Shown piece after piece: positions 28,499 through 41,291 of a stretch of DNA of 55,816 nucleotides (position 1 is the first letter of the stretch; each line of letters starts with the position of its first letter). The notes beneath the pieces were generated by a model. It did no database searches and was not told the origin of the DNA. It saw nothing but the letters and a program-made list of their open reading frames with translations. A program made the position numbers and the translations under genes. This DNA is from an uncultured Alphaproteobacteria bacterium (lineage in GTDB: Bacteria; Pseudomonadota; Alphaproteobacteria; GCA-002720895): assembly GCA_902607475.1 (NCBI GenBank), contig CACLKH010000005.1, forward strand, positions 1 through 55,816, written 5' to 3'.

Positions 28499-29821
28499 TT
28501 GAAATATACAAAAAAAATAATTTTCTCTTTCTTAATATTCTTTTCTTATATTTTAAATGTTAATGCAGAACTTAAAATTGACATAACATCTGGATATACT
28601 GAACCTACGCCTATAGGTATCCATGATTTTATCGGAACTAATGATGAAGAAAATAATGTAGCTAAACAAATTACAAAATTAGTAATCGCTGATTTAAATA
28701 ACAGTGGCATTTTTAAAATCATTGACCCTAAAGCTTACATTCAAAAAATTCCATCTCCCAATGTTATGCCTAAATTTTCTGATTGGAGAGTTATAAATGC
28801 ACAAGCGTTAATTGTTGGCTCTACTCAAATAAATAAAAGTGGACAAGTTAGAATTGAATTTAGATTGTGGGATGTTTTTGCTGAGCAACAAATGGCAGGA
28901 TGGGCGTTTAGTACAGCAAGGAGCAATTGGAGACAAATTTCTCATCGAATAGCTGATAAAGTTTATGAAAGACTAACTGGAGAAATTGGTTATTTTGACA
29001 CAAGAATTGCATATATTGCTGAAAGCGGTCCAGCAAAAAAAAGAGTTAAGAGACTTGCAATCATGGACCAAGATGGAGCCAACCATCGTTTTTTAACTGA
29101 TGGTAGTAATTTAGTTATTACGCCTAGATTCTCTCCTTCACATCAAGAATTAACCTATTTGTCATATATCGGAAGAATTCCAAGAGTATATTTATTAGAT
29201 ATTGAAACAGGCAAGCAAGAAAAAGTAGGAGATTTTCCTGGTATGACTTTCGCACCTCGTTTTTCACCTCTTGGAGATCAAGTTATTATGTCTTTAGCAA
29301 CAGAAGGAAATTCCGATATTTACTCTTATAATCTTCAAACGAATATAAGAAAACAATTAACGTCATATAGAGGAATTGATACATCGCCTTCATATTCTCC
29401 AAATGGAAAAAGAGTTGTTTTTAATTCTGATAGAGGTGGTTCACCACAAATTTATGTTATGAGTAATAAGGGAAAAAAAATAAAAAGAATTAGTTTTGGT
29501 AAAGGTCATTATTCAACACCTGTATGGTCGCCAAGGGGAGATTATATTGCTTTTACAAAATATTTTAATAAAACTTTTTATATTGGTGTAATGACACCTG
29601 AAGGAAAAGGAGAGAGAGTAATTGCAAAGGGTTTTCTTGTAGAAGGCCCAACTTGGACACCTAATGGAAGAATGATAGCATATACAAAAAAAGATTATCC
29701 TATGAAAAAAAAAGAAGGTAAAACAAGAATATTTTTAATTGATTTAACAGGTTTTCATGAAAGAGAAATTATCACTCCTTTAGAAGCATCTGACCCAGCT
29801 TGGTCTTCTTTATTAAATTAG
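28499..29821 (+). CDS. tolB: Tol-Pal beta-propeller TolB
   Basis: RLAIMDQDGAN, PD40 repeats (PRFSP, PSYSP, PVWSP, PTWTP), DPAWS. Confidence 0.96.
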   Translation: MKYTKKIIFSFLIFFSYILNVNAELKIDITSGYTEPTPIGIHDFIGTNDEENNVAKQITKLVIADLNNSGIFKIIDPKAYIQKIPSPNVMPKFSDWRVINAQALIVGSTQINKSGQVRIEFRLWDVFAEQQMAGWAFSTARSNWRQISHRIADKVYERLTGEIGYFDTRIAYIAESGPAKKRVKRLAIMDQDGANHRFLTDGSNLVITPRFSPSHQELTYLSYIGRIPRVYLLDIETGKQEKVGDFPGMTFAPRFSPLGDQVIMSLATEGNSDIYSYNLQTNIRKQLTSYRGIDTSPSYSPNGKRVVFNSDRGGSPQIYVMSNKGKKIKRISFGKGHYSTPVWSPRGDYIAFTKYFNKTFYIGVMTPEGKGERVIAKGFLVEGPTWTPNGRMIAYTKKDYPMKKKEGKTRIFLIDLTGFHEREIITPLEASDPAWSSLLN

Positions 29822-29841
29822 AAAAATTATAAAAAAAACAC

Positions 29842-29869
29842 TTGTATCTGATATAGCGATTACTATACT
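29842..29869 (+). promoter_or_regulatory. Possible sigma70 promoter of pal
   Basis: TTGTAT-16 nt-TATACT in the tolB-pal intergenic region; weak evidence in AT-rich DNA. Confidence 0.35.
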
Positions 29870-29931
29870 TTATTAGAAAACTATATATGTATACTTATTA
29901 ATTAATTTTTTGAATCGGGTATTAGGCGTAA

Positions 29932-30405
29932 ATGTATATTTTAAGAACACTCTCTGTAATAATCTTCTCATTTATATTGTTTAGTTGCACACAAAAAGGT
30001 GGAATGGAAGATGTTTCAACAGGCCTTTATGAACAAGGAGGAATGTCATATCTTGATAAAAACATGACGGTTCCTGCAAAAATATATTTTAATTATAACC
30101 AGTATTTAATAACCGATATGGCACAAAACACATTAGACATACAAGTTGCTTGGATGGATGAAAATCCTGGAAAATATATTCTTATAGAAGGTCATTGTGA
30201 TGAAAGAGGCACGCGTGAATACAATTTAGCTTTGGGCGAAAGAAGAGCTAATGCAGTTAGAGAATATTTGTCTTCAATGGGTATCTCTGATGGCAGATTA
30301 AATGTTGTTTCATACGGAAAAGAAAGACCTGATGCAGAAGGATCATATGATGATGCTTGGCAAAAAAATAGAAGATCAGTTACAACTATAGACGTAGATA
30401 GATAA
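29932..30405 (+). CDS. pal: Peptidoglycan-associated lipoprotein
   Basis: Lipobox LFSC; IEGHCDERGTREYNLALGERRA; SYGKERP. Confidence 0.96.
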   Translation: MYILRTLSVIIFSFILFSCTQKGGMEDVSTGLYEQGGMSYLDKNMTVPAKIYFNYNQYLITDMAQNTLDIQVAWMDENPGKYILIEGHCDERGTREYNLALGERRANAVREYLSSMGISDGRLNVVSYGKERPDAEGSYDDAWQKNRRSVTTIDVDR

Positions 30406-30490
30406 TTTAATTTATTCTTCTCTTCTCTTAATTTTATAGTAATCTAAATAATATTTACAGAACTAGGTTCTTAGAAAATTTAGTCAAAAA

Positions 30491-31408
30491 ATGTTTAATA
30501 ATAAAACGAATAGTTCAATATACTTTTTATTTTTATTTCTTTTTATTTCATTTGATCTAAATGCAATAGATGAATTTGATTATAATTTACTTAGTGAAAA
30601 AATGAATCGTTTGGAACAAGAAATATCTGATATTCAAAAATCTTTGTATGCTCCAAATGATAATACATTGGTTAAAGAAGATCAAAAATCCGTTCCTTTA
30701 AAATATCAAAGAAGAATAAATAAAATTGAAAATGATTTTGCTAAAATAAATGGACAATTTGAAGAAATCTTTTTTAGATTAGATCAATTACAAGAAAAAT
30801 TAGATAGAATTAGTTCTGACGTTGATTTTAGATTGTCTACAAAAAAAAATGCTCCTTCAGAAGGATTACCTGTAAGTAAAAGAGATAAATCTAATATAAA
30901 GGATACATATGCTTATCCAAAAAATACATCGGATGTAGATACCAGTGGTGGTGATGCAGAAATTTTAGGTACTATTGAAAAGAAAGATTCTGTAGATGAA
31001 TCATTTGAAATAGCAAGAAACTTTCAATCACCAGACGACTTATTTAATTATGGAAAAAATTCATTGCAAAATTTAAATTATATTGAAGCAGAAAATGTTT
31101 TTAGAGGTTTTCTAAAAAAATATCCAAAAAATGAAAAAGTTCCAAACGCATACTATTGGATTGGAGAATCTTTGTTTGTAAGAGAAAATTATCCTGAAGC
31201 AGTTTTAGCTTATGGTGAAGTAATAAGAAATTATAAAAAACATAAAAAAGCTCCAGCAAGTTTATTAAAAATAGGAATATCTTTTTCTAATTTAGATAAA
31301 AAAAAAGAATCCTGTGATGCTTTAAACAAGATATTAAAACAATACCCTGATTCTGAAAGAGATGTTTTAAAAAAAACAAATTATATAATTAAAGAGAATA
31401 ATTGTTAA
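30491..31408 (+). CDS. cpoB: Tol-Pal TPR protein CpoB/YbgF
   Basis: Coiled-coil N-terminus, TPRs (AYYWIGE, APASLLKIG); follows pal. Confidence 0.92.
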   Translation: MFNNKTNSSIYFLFLFLFISFDLNAIDEFDYNLLSEKMNRLEQEISDIQKSLYAPNDNTLVKEDQKSVPLKYQRRINKIENDFAKINGQFEEIFFRLDQLQEKLDRISSDVDFRLSTKKNAPSEGLPVSKRDKSNIKDTYAYPKNTSDVDTSGGDAEILGTIEKKDSVDESFEIARNFQSPDDLFNYGKNSLQNLNYIEAENVFRGFLKKYPKNEKVPNAYYWIGESLFVRENYPEAVLAYGEVIRNYKKHKKAPASLLKIGISFSNLDKKKESCDALNKILKQYPDSERDVLKKTNYIIKENNC

Positions 31409-31415
31409 TTTTTAT

Positions 31416-32753
31416 ATGATTGAAAAAGTTTTTTTTAAAGTTATGGATACTTTAGGTCCGTATGAAAAAAATCCCCATTTAGCTGTAGCTGTTTCAGGCG
31501 GTAGTGATAGTCTTTGTCTTGCTATTTTAGCTCAAGAGTGGGCAAATAATAGAGGTGGAAAAATAACGGCTCTTATAGTTGATCATGGTCTAAGAAAAAA
31601 TAGCGGAAAAGAATGTAAAAAAACACAAAATATTCTAAAGAAAAGAAAAATTTTCAGTCATTGTTTTAAATGGAAATTATCAAAAATACCAAAAAATGGT
31701 GTACAAGAAAAAGCTCGTGAATTTAGATATAATATTTTTGAGGATTGGTGTTTCAAAAAAAATATTGTGCATTTGCTGATTGCACATCATTTTGAAGATC
31801 AAAAAGAAACTTTTCTTATGAGACTAAATGATAATAGCAACATTTATGGTCTAGCGTGTATGCCAAAAATTTTATTTAAAAAAAAAATAAGAATTCTTAG
31901 GCCTTTTTTAGATTTTAAAAAAAAAGAAATTATTAAATATTTAAAAGAAAAAAAAGTAAATTGGATTGAAGATCCAACAAATGTATCTTCAAAATATTCT
32001 AGAAATAGATTAAGAAAAATTTTGCCAAAATTAGAAAAAAAAGGATTAACAGATAATAAATTAAAAAAAATATTAAAAAGAGCGCAAAAAGAAAGAAAAA
32101 AGATTGAAAATAAACTTGCTGATTGGTTAAATAAATATGTTGATATTAATAGTTTAGGCTATGCTTCAATAAACTTTAGTAGTTTAAAATTATTAGATAA
32201 AGACGATTTTATATTTATTTTTTCCAGAATACTTAATATGATTTCAGGTTCGTTTTATGTCCCAAAATCAAAATATGTTTATAATTTTTACAAAAAAATT
32301 AATTCTAATGAAACAATAAATCATAGTAATTTAGGCGGATGTCATATTTTCTTTTTCAAAGAAAAATTATATGTCTGTAGGGAAATTTTTAAAAAGGATA
32401 GAAAACAAAAAGTAAACTTTCAATTTAACAAAATTGTTTGGGATAATAGATTTGAAATTGAACATAAAAAAAATAAAAATTTTCTTTTAAAAAAAGAGTT
32501 GGGAAAATCAGTTTTTATTGAACAACTGCAAAAAGATGGTTGGAATGAAATATTATTAAAGAACGAAAAGATAAAAAAAGAATTTATGATTCCAAATAAA
32601 ATAATCTTATCTTTACCAGCAATAAAAAATAAAAAAAGTGATGTTTTGTATGTTCCACATTTAAATTATTACTCTAATGTAAAAAGTAAAAAAGAATTTT
32701 CTAATATGAGTTTTCTTTTTAAACCGGATGTGGCATTATCAAATATTTATTAA
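31416..32753 (+). CDS. tilS: tRNA(Ile)-lysidine synthase
   Basis: AVSGGSDS PP-loop, VDHGLR, AHH.EDQ.ET, EDPTN, RNRLR. Confidence 0.95.
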   Translation: MIEKVFFKVMDTLGPYEKNPHLAVAVSGGSDSLCLAILAQEWANNRGGKITALIVDHGLRKNSGKECKKTQNILKKRKIFSHCFKWKLSKIPKNGVQEKAREFRYNIFEDWCFKKNIVHLLIAHHFEDQKETFLMRLNDNSNIYGLACMPKILFKKKIRILRPFLDFKKKEIIKYLKEKKVNWIEDPTNVSSKYSRNRLRKILPKLEKKGLTDNKLKKILKRAQKERKKIENKLADWLNKYVDINSLGYASINFSSLKLLDKDDFIFIFSRILNMISGSFYVPKSKYVYNFYKKINSNETINHSNLGGCHIFFFKEKLYVCREIFKKDRKQKVNFQFNKIVWDNRFEIEHKKNKNFLLKKELGKSVFIEQLQKDGWNEILLKNEKIKKEFMIPNKIILSLPAIKNKKSDVLYVPHLNYYSNVKSKKEFSNMSFLFKPDVALSNIY

Positions 32754-32799
32754 GAAATGATATTGTCCTTATGAAAAAAAAGATTAAATATAGATATAT

Positions 32800-34716
32800 A
32801 TGAAAAAATTAAAAAAGAATTTATTGATTTGGTTGATTATAGGATTTATTTTATCTTCTTTTTATAACTTTTTTACCAGATCAAATGAATCAAGAATTGT
32901 GCAAAATATTGCTTTTTCTGATTTTTTAAAAGAAGTTGAAAAAGATAATGTTTTAGATGTAAATATTAAAGGCGATTTGATAAATGGAAATTTAGTTGAT
33001 GGTAAGAAATTCAAGACTTACACACCTTATGACCCAAATTTAATTGAAAAACTATCGAATAAAGATGTAACAATAAATGTTCAGCCTTACAATGGTAAAG
33101 GATCATCTTTGCTTAACATTATTTTATCATGGTTTCCAATGCTTTTATTGATTGGTGTATGGTTATTTTTTATGCGTCAAATGCAATCAGGAACTGGTAA
33201 AGCGCTTGGTTTTGGAAGATCGAAAGCTAAAATGTTAAATGAAAAAACTGGAAAGATTACATTTAAAGATGTAGCAGGTATAGATGAGTCAAAACATGAA
33301 TTAGAAGAAGTAATTGAATTTTTAAAAGATCCTTCCAAATTTCAGCGTCTTGGAGGTAAAATTCCAAAAGGGGTTCTTTTAATTGGACCTCCTGGTTGTG
33401 GTAAAACTCTTTTAGCTAGAGCTGTGGCAGGTGAGGCTGAAGTTCCATTTTTTTCTATATCAGGATCTGATTTTGTGGAAATGTTTGTAGGCGTAGGTGC
33501 TTCTAGAGTACGAGACATGTTTGAACAAGGTAAAAAGAACGCCCCTTGTATTATATTTATTGATGAAATAGATGCTGTTGGTAGACATAGAGGAGCAGGA
33601 CTTGGTGGTGGTAATGACGAAAGAGAACAAACTTTAAATCAATTATTAGTTGAAATGGACGGCTTTGAAAGTAATGAAGGCGTAATTATTGTTGCTGCAA
33701 CTAATAGACCAGATGTCCTTGATCCAGCATTACTAAGACCTGGTAGATTTGATAGACAGGTGATTGTTCCTAACCCAGATATACTTGGCAGAGAAAAAAT
33801 TTTAAAAGTTCATTTAAGAAAAGTACCACTTGCTCCAAATGTTAAACCAAAAATTATTGCAAGAGGTACGCCTGGTTTTTCAGGTGCAGATCTGGCAAAT
33901 CTTGTTAACGAAGGAGCGTTATTAGCAGCAAGAAGAAATAAAAGATTTGTTACTATGCAAGAAATGGAAGATGCTAAGGACAAAGTTTTAATGGGAATAG
34001 AGAGAAAATCAATGGTTATGAAGGATGAAGAAAAGAAATTAACAGCTTACCACGAAGCTGGGCATGCAATTGTCGCTATTCATTCAAAAGAATCAGACCC
34101 AGTTCATAAAGCTACAATTATTCCAAGAGGAAGAGCGCTAGGAATGGTAATGCGATTACCTGAAAGTGATAGAATATCAATGTCTAAAATAAAAATAAAA
34201 GCAGATTTAGCAGTTGCAATGGGAGGTAGGATCGCTGAAAAACTAATTTTTGGTCCATCTAAGGTTACCACAGGAGCATCATCTGATATTAGTATGGCTA
34301 CAAATATAGCAAGAAAAATGGTAACTGAGTGGGGTATGAGTGATAAATTAGGACCACTATCATATGGAGAAAACGAACAGGAAGTTTTTTTAGGTCATTC
34401 AGTAACTCAAAAAAAAAATATATCAGAATATACTGCTCAAGAAATTGATAAGGAGATAAGAAAAATAATAGATGAAGCATATAAAGTAGCGCAATCTATT
34501 TTAAAAAAAAATATTAATCAATTACATAAGTTAGCTAAAGGATTATTGCAGCATGAAACGCTAACTGGTGAAGAAATTAAAGATGTTATTAAAGGTAAAA
34601 AAATTAAAAAAACTACTACAAAAAATACAAAAAATAAAAATCTTTCCCCAGTTCCTACTGTAGAAAAAAGAAAAAAAGATGTTGGTCTTTCGGAACCTCA
34701 AGTGGAAAACAATTAA
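32800..34716 (+). CDS. ftsH: ATP-dependent metalloprotease FtsH
   Basis: Two TMs, [21 protein letters not shown]. Confidence 0.98.
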   Translation: MKKLKKNLLIWLIIGFILSSFYNFFTRSNESRIVQNIAFSDFLKEVEKDNVLDVNIKGDLINGNLVDGKKFKTYTPYDPNLIEKLSNKDVTINVQPYNGKGSSLLNIILSWFPMLLLIGVWLFFMRQMQSGTGKALGFGRSKAKMLNEKTGKITFKDVAGIDESKHELEEVIEFLKDPSKFQRLGGKIPKGVLLIGPPGCGKTLLARAVAGEAEVPFFSISGSDFVEMFVGVGASRVRDMFEQGKKNAPCIIFIDEIDAVGRHRGAGLGGGNDEREQTLNQLLVEMDGFESNEGVIIVAATNRPDVLDPALLRPGRFDRQVIVPNPDILGREKILKVHLRKVPLAPNVKPKIIARGTPGFSGADLANLVNEGALLAARRNKRFVTMQEMEDAKDKVLMGIERKSMVMKDEEKKLTAYHEAGHAIVAIHSKESDPVHKATIIPRGRALGMVMRLPESDRISMSKIKIKADLAVAMGGRIAEKLIFGPSKVTTGASSDISMATNIARKMVTEWGMSDKLGPLSYGENEQEVFLGHSVTQKKNISEYTAQEIDKEIRKIIDEAYKVAQSILKKNINQLHKLAKGLLQHETLTGEEIKDVIKGKKIKKTTTKNTKNKNLSPVPTVEKRKKDVGLSEPQVENN

Positions 34717-34767
34717 TAATTAGCAAAAATATTTATAAAAAAATAATTCTATAGTTAGAATAGCACT

Positions 34768-35616
34768 ATGAATTTTTCTAAATCTTTTAAAAAACCATAC
34801 TTAGGCTTTAAAACGCCGGCTATAATGGGCATCTTAAATATTACCCCTGATAGTTTTTCAGATGGTGGTAAATATTTTTCAAAACCAAGGATTGCAATTC
34901 AAAATGCAATTAAAATGCAAAAAATGGGAGCAAATATTATTGATATTGGTGCCGAATCAACAAGACCAGGCGCCCTTCCTATAAAACCTGAAATAGAAAT
35001 CAAAAGATTAAAACCTATTATTTTTGGTTTAAAAAAAAGAAAATTAAATATTTCGGTTGATACTAGAAATTCCTTAACTATGAAATTTGCCCTCGATAAT
35101 GGTGTTAAGATTATTAATGATGTTTCTGGACTACAGCACGATCCAGAAAGCATAAATGTTATTAAAAAATCTAAGTGTTTTATAATTTTAATGCATATGC
35201 AAGGTAATCCACAAACAATGCAAAAAAATCCTAAATATAATTTTGCACCAAAAGATATATATTTTTTTTTGAAAAAACAAATTGTTAAATGTGAGAAGAA
35301 TAATATAAAGAAAAATCGAATTATTATTGATCCAGGAATTGGTTTTGGTAAAACGAGTAAACATAATATACAAATTTTACAAAATTTAAAAATATTCCAT
35401 AAATTAGGATGTAATATTTTAGTAGGGCTCTCGAGGAAAAGATTGATATCAGACTTAAGTAATAAAGAAAAACCAGCTGATAGACTTCCAGGAACAATAG
35501 CAGCCAATCAATATGCTTTAGATCAAGGAGCAGATATCATTAGAGTGCATGACGTTAAAGAAGCTTTACAAGCAAAACTTATTTGGCAAACTCTACAAAA
35601 AAAAATAGATTTATAA
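34768..35616 (+). CDS. folP: Dihydropteroate synthase
   Basis: MGILNITPDSFSDGG, ESTRPGA, DPGIGFGKT, SRK, RVHDV. Confidence 0.96.
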   Translation: MNFSKSFKKPYLGFKTPAIMGILNITPDSFSDGGKYFSKPRIAIQNAIKMQKMGANIIDIGAESTRPGALPIKPEIEIKRLKPIIFGLKKRKLNISVDTRNSLTMKFALDNGVKIINDVSGLQHDPESINVIKKSKCFIILMHMQGNPQTMQKNPKYNFAPKDIYFFLKKQIVKCEKNNIKKNRIIIDPGIGFGKTSKHNIQILQNLKIFHKLGCNILVGLSRKRLISDLSNKEKPADRLPGTIAANQYALDQGADIIRVHDVKEALQAKLIWQTLQKKIDL

Positions 35617-35623
35617 TTAAATT

Positions 35624-36952
35624 ATGAAAAAAAATTTATTTGGAACTGATGGTATTAGATCATTATCAAATGATGAAATTTTTAATAATATATCATTAAA
35701 CACTTTAGCTAGATCTGTTTTAAATAATAATAAAAAATTAAGAATTGTGATTGGAAGAGATACTAGAGAATCAAGCAAAGAAATTGAAAATAATTTTATA
35801 AATGCTTTAAAAAATAATGGAGCAACAATATTTAAAGTGGGATTATTGTCAACTCCAGCAATATCTTATTTAACAAAAAAACTTAATTGTGACTTAGGTA
35901 TAGTTATTTCCGCGTCCCACAATTCATATCAATTTAATGGAATAAAATTTTTTAATAAAAATGGTGAAAAGTTATCTGATTCAGAGGAGAGTAAGATTGA
36001 AAAGAATTTTTTTAAATTAATTAAAAAAAAAGATAAAGATAAAAACAATGGAAAAATACAAATAATAAAAAATCCTTTTTCAATATATAAAAAAAAATTT
36101 ACAAAGATTTTAATTAGAAATAATTTTTCATCTAAATTAAAAATTATAATTGATTGTGCAAATGGCTCATCTTACAAAGTGGTAAAGTATATTTTTTCAA
36201 AAATAAACATTAATTTAATTTATATAAAAGATAAGCCTAATGGTAGAAATATTAATAATAAATGTGGTTCTTTAAATCCTCAAAGCTTAATAAAAGAAGT
36301 TAAAAAAAAATCTGCTGATTTTGGTATTTCTTTCGATGGTGATGGAGATAGAATAATTTGTTGTGATGAAAAAGGAAAAATAATTGATGGAGACAAAATT
36401 CTAGCGTGTTTAGCTGAATATATTTTTAATAAATCAAGATCAGGTGTAAATGCTATAGTAGGCACATTAATGTCTAATAGAGGACTCGAAAAATTTGCTA
36501 ATAACATTGGTTTAAAGTTCTATAGATCAAATGTTGGAGATAAGTTTGTTTTTGAATTAATGAAAAAGAATAATTGTTTTTTAGGGGGTGAACAATCAGG
36601 GCATATTATTTTAAAAGAATTTGGCCCTTGTGGGGATGGTATATTAATAGCGCTATACCTAATTGAAATAATTTCAAAATATAGAAAAAAAACTAGTGAA
36701 ATTTTTGATCTTTATAAATCTTATTTTCAAATACAAAAAAACATAAAATTAAAAGAATCTACATTAAAAAAAAATAAAAAAATTAATAATTTTTTAAGAT
36801 TTTACAATAATAAAAGTATTGATGATGTTAGAATTTTAGCTAGATTATCAGGAACTGAGCCAGTTATTAGATTATTAGTAGAAGGTAAAAAATATAGTAA
36901 AATCATGTTGTTAGCAAAGAAATTAGATAAGAAAATAAAAAGTATTGTTTAA
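35624..36952 (+). CDS. glmM: Phosphoglucosamine mutase
   Basis: FGTDGIR, ISASHN, FDGDGDR, GGEQSGH, R.SGTEP. Confidence 0.94.
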   Translation: MKKNLFGTDGIRSLSNDEIFNNISLNTLARSVLNNNKKLRIVIGRDTRESSKEIENNFINALKNNGATIFKVGLLSTPAISYLTKKLNCDLGIVISASHNSYQFNGIKFFNKNGEKLSDSEESKIEKNFFKLIKKKDKDKNNGKIQIIKNPFSIYKKKFTKILIRNNFSSKLKIIIDCANGSSYKVVKYIFSKININLIYIKDKPNGRNINNKCGSLNPQSLIKEVKKKSADFGISFDGDGDRIICCDEKGKIIDGDKILACLAEYIFNKSRSGVNAIVGTLMSNRGLEKFANNIGLKFYRSNVGDKFVFELMKKNNCFLGGEQSGHIILKEFGPCGDGILIALYLIEIISKYRKKTSEIFDLYKSYFQIQKNIKLKESTLKKNKKINNFLRFYNNKSIDDVRILARLSGTEPVIRLLVEGKKYSKIMLLAKKLDKKIKSIV

Positions 36953-36988
36953 ATAGAGTAATTCAAAGAAAAAAAATAATATACCGCG

Positions 36989-37096
36989 TGTTGCTTATTA
37001 GCAACATATAGTATAAATAAGTAATTTTTTGCTTTTAATCCACTACATTAAGTGTATTATACATGAATACTACTATATGTAGTAATTATGTATAAT
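36989..37096 (+). promoter_or_regulatory. Regulatory region with palindrome and NrdR-box-like sites
   Basis: TGTTGCT-TATT-AGCAACA (36989-37006); CACTACATTAAGTG (37041-37054); TACTATATGTAGTA (37071-37084); TATAAT at 37091-37096. Confidence 0.45.
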
Positions 37097-37122
37097 TACT
37101 AATTTTTTATAGGGAGGCAATA

Positions 37123-37359
37123 ATGAATGCCTTAAATGCAGCAAAAAGATGGATCGGAGCACTTACAGAAGTTGGTTTGATGCTGATTGCTTTTGGTATC
37201 GTGGCTGGTTTATTGTATCCAGGCGCCGTTCCTTTTATTGGTACTGATGTTGTATCCAATATTACTTCATTGCTTAATCAACTAGGTAATAATGGAGTGG
37301 TTGGATTAGTAGCATTGGCTATCATATGCTGGTTACTTAATAAAAGATCAATCAGCTAA
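37123..37359 (+). CDS. Small two-TM membrane protein of unknown function
   Basis: Strong SD AGGGAGG, two hydrophobic helices, own terminator. Confidence 0.88.
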   Translation: MNALNAAKRWIGALTEVGLMLIAFGIVAGLLYPGAVPFIGTDVVSNITSLLNQLGNNGVVGLVALAIICWLLNKRSIS

Positions 37360-37416
37360 GATAATAAGAGTTTCACCCTCCCGAATTTGATCCCGACACG
37401 GTGAAGGTGTAGAGTT

Positions 37417-37450
37417 AAAAAGGAGCCCAGCAAATGGGCTCCTTTTTTTT
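37417..37450. terminator. Bidirectional Rho-independent terminator
   Basis: AAAAAGGAGCCCA-GCAAA-TGGGCTCCTTTTTTTT between convergent genes. Confidence 0.92.
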
Positions 37451-37462
37451 TATTTTATTTTC

Positions 37463-39022
37463 CTATAGTTTTTTTTTTATTTTTAGACCTATTTGTGATT
37501 GTACAAACTGACTATCAAATGCAGCAATCTCTTGTTTTGATGATTTGCTTTTATCCGTTATAGAAAAGAGCCACGTTACAATGAATGCTGTTGTTACCGA
37601 AAATAGTGCTGGATACTTATAAGGAAATATTGGTTTATCATAACCAAAGACATCAACCCAAATTGTTGGACCAAGAATTACTAAGATTGTCGCTGTAACA
37701 AGACCAGAACTACCTCCTATTAGCGCACCTTTGGATGTTAGTTTTTTCCAATACATGGAGAGAAACAGAATTGGAAAATTTGCGCTGGCTGCTACTGCAA
37801 ATGCAAGACCAACCATAAATGCAACGTTTTGTTTCTCAAAAAGAATGCCAAGAAAAATAGCAACAAATCCCAGACTAACGGCTGATATTTTTGAGACAAA
37901 TAATTCATCTTTTTCGTTAACTTTCCCTTTTTTGAAGACGGAAGCATATAGATCATGGCTAACCGCGGAGGCTCCGGCAAGTGTAAGTCCTGATACTACA
38001 GCAAGTATTGTAGCGAAGGCCACAGCTGATATAAACCCCAAAAACATATCTCCCCCGACAGCGTTTGCAAGATGTATTGCTGCCATATTATTTCCTCCTC
38101 TTAACCCTCCATTTGTATTCAAAAATTCAGGATTTGTTGAAATTAACATAATTGCTCCAAAACCTATTATGAAGGTTAGTATGTAGAAATAACCAATAAA
38201 ACCTGTGGCAAAAAAAACCGATTTACGTGCCTCTTTTGCATTCTTAACTGTAAAAAAACGCATTAGAATATGAGGAAGTCCTGCTGTTCCAAACATAAGT
38301 GCTATCCCTAGAGATATTGCCGAAACAGGATCTGATACTAGCCCGCCAGGTTGCATAATGGCGTAACTTTGTGGATGAACATTTACAGCCTCCTGAAAGA
38401 GTGTCTCGAAACTGAAACCAGTAGTCCACATAACTGCGATTGCCATAAATGTCGCACCAGACAAAAGTAACACAGCCTTGATAATCTGGACCCAGGTAGT
38501 TGCTAACATGCCACCAAAACTTACATAGAGAACCATTAGTACACCAACTGTAATGACAGCCAACTCATAAGGAAGTCCGAATAGAAGTTGAATCAGTTTA
38601 CCCGCTCCAACCATTTGTGCAATTAGGTATAAGGCAACAGTTATCAATGACCCACTTGCAGCAAGACATCTTATTTGGGTTTGATCAAGCCGGTGTGATG
38701 CAGCGTCAGCAAATGTATAATCTCCTAAATTACGTAGCCGTTCAGCGAGTAGAAATAGTATAATTGGCCATCCTACAAGAAATCCAATTGAATAAATAAG
38801 GCCATCATATCCCGAAAGATAGACAAGACCGGAAATACCTAAAAAAGATGCAGCAGACATATAGTCACCTGCAATAGCTAAACCGTTTTGTAAGCTAGTA
38901 ATCTTTCCTCCTGCAGCGTAAAAGTGAGAACGAGATTTTGTCCTTTTGGCAGCCCAATAGGTAATTACAAGAGTTGCGAAGACAAATATAAAGAACATTG
39001 TTATGGCTGGATAATTTGTCAT
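37463..39022 (-). CDS. actP: Cation/acetate symporter ActP (SSS family)
   Basis: [60 protein letters not shown]. Confidence 0.93.
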   Translation of the reverse strand: MTNYPAITMFFIFVFATLVITYWAAKRTKSRSHFYAAGGKITSLQNGLAIAGDYMSAASFLGISGLVYLSGYDGLIYSIGFLVGWPIILFLLAERLRNLGDYTFADAASHRLDQTQIRCLAASGSLITVALYLIAQMVGAGKLIQLLFGLPYELAVITVGVLMVLYVSFGGMLATTWVQIIKAVLLLSGATFMAIAVMWTTGFSFETLFQEAVNVHPQSYAIMQPGGLVSDPVSAISLGIALMFGTAGLPHILMRFFTVKNAKEARKSVFFATGFIGYFYILTFIIGFGAIMLISTNPEFLNTNGGLRGGNNMAAIHLANAVGGDMFLGFISAVAFATILAVVSGLTLAGASAVSHDLYASVFKKGKVNEKDELFVSKISAVSLGFVAIFLGILFEKQNVAFMVGLAFAVAASANFPILFLSMYWKKLTSKGALIGGSSGLVTATILVILGPTIWVDVFGYDKPIFPYKYPALFSVTTAFIVTWLFSITDKSKSSKQEIAAFDSQFVQSQIGLKIKKKL

Positions 39023-39331
39023 TTATTTATTCTTTTTTAGGATTCTTTTCTCTGTTTGGTCAAATTCTCGATTTGCTATAAAGACGTAAATTCCCGTTGA
39101 TATAAAAGCTAAGAGTATAATCGAAACTCCGACGGGAATTCCAATTGTGATAATCGATTCATTGGATATTCTAAGCCCTAGCACTTCTGGGAAAAAGGCA
39201 ATCAGGAGGATAAAAAAAAAGTAAGTTAAAAGTGTAACGGATGATAAAAGCCAACTAATAAAAGACTTTCTTTTAATTAAAGATTTAAAGTCTTCGCTTT
39301 TAATAATATTTTTTTCTAAACGAGACCTCAT
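39023..39331 (-). CDS. yjcH: DUF485 (YjcH) membrane partner of ActP
   Basis: Two TMs, FILLIAF.P..L, TGIYV..AN.EFD; directly upstream of actP. Confidence 0.88.
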   Translation of the reverse strand: MRSRLEKNIIKSEDFKSLIKRKSFISWLLSSVTLLTYFFFILLIAFFPEVLGLRISNESIITIGIPVGVSIILLAFISTGIYVFIANREFDQTEKRILKKNK

Positions 39332-39345
39332 TGAAACTAGACCAA

Positions 39346-41243
<1,898 letters not shown>

Positions 41244-41291
41244 CATTAAAAAAGTAGTAATAATTTTTTCTATTATTATAACATATAATGT

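Noticed and set aside
34899-35507. 202-aa minus-strand ORF
   Set aside because: Shadow of folP with no recognisable motifs. The same applies to the other nested or antisense ORFs in the track (e.g. 37731-38186, 46136-46537, 48663-49145, 51572-51952).
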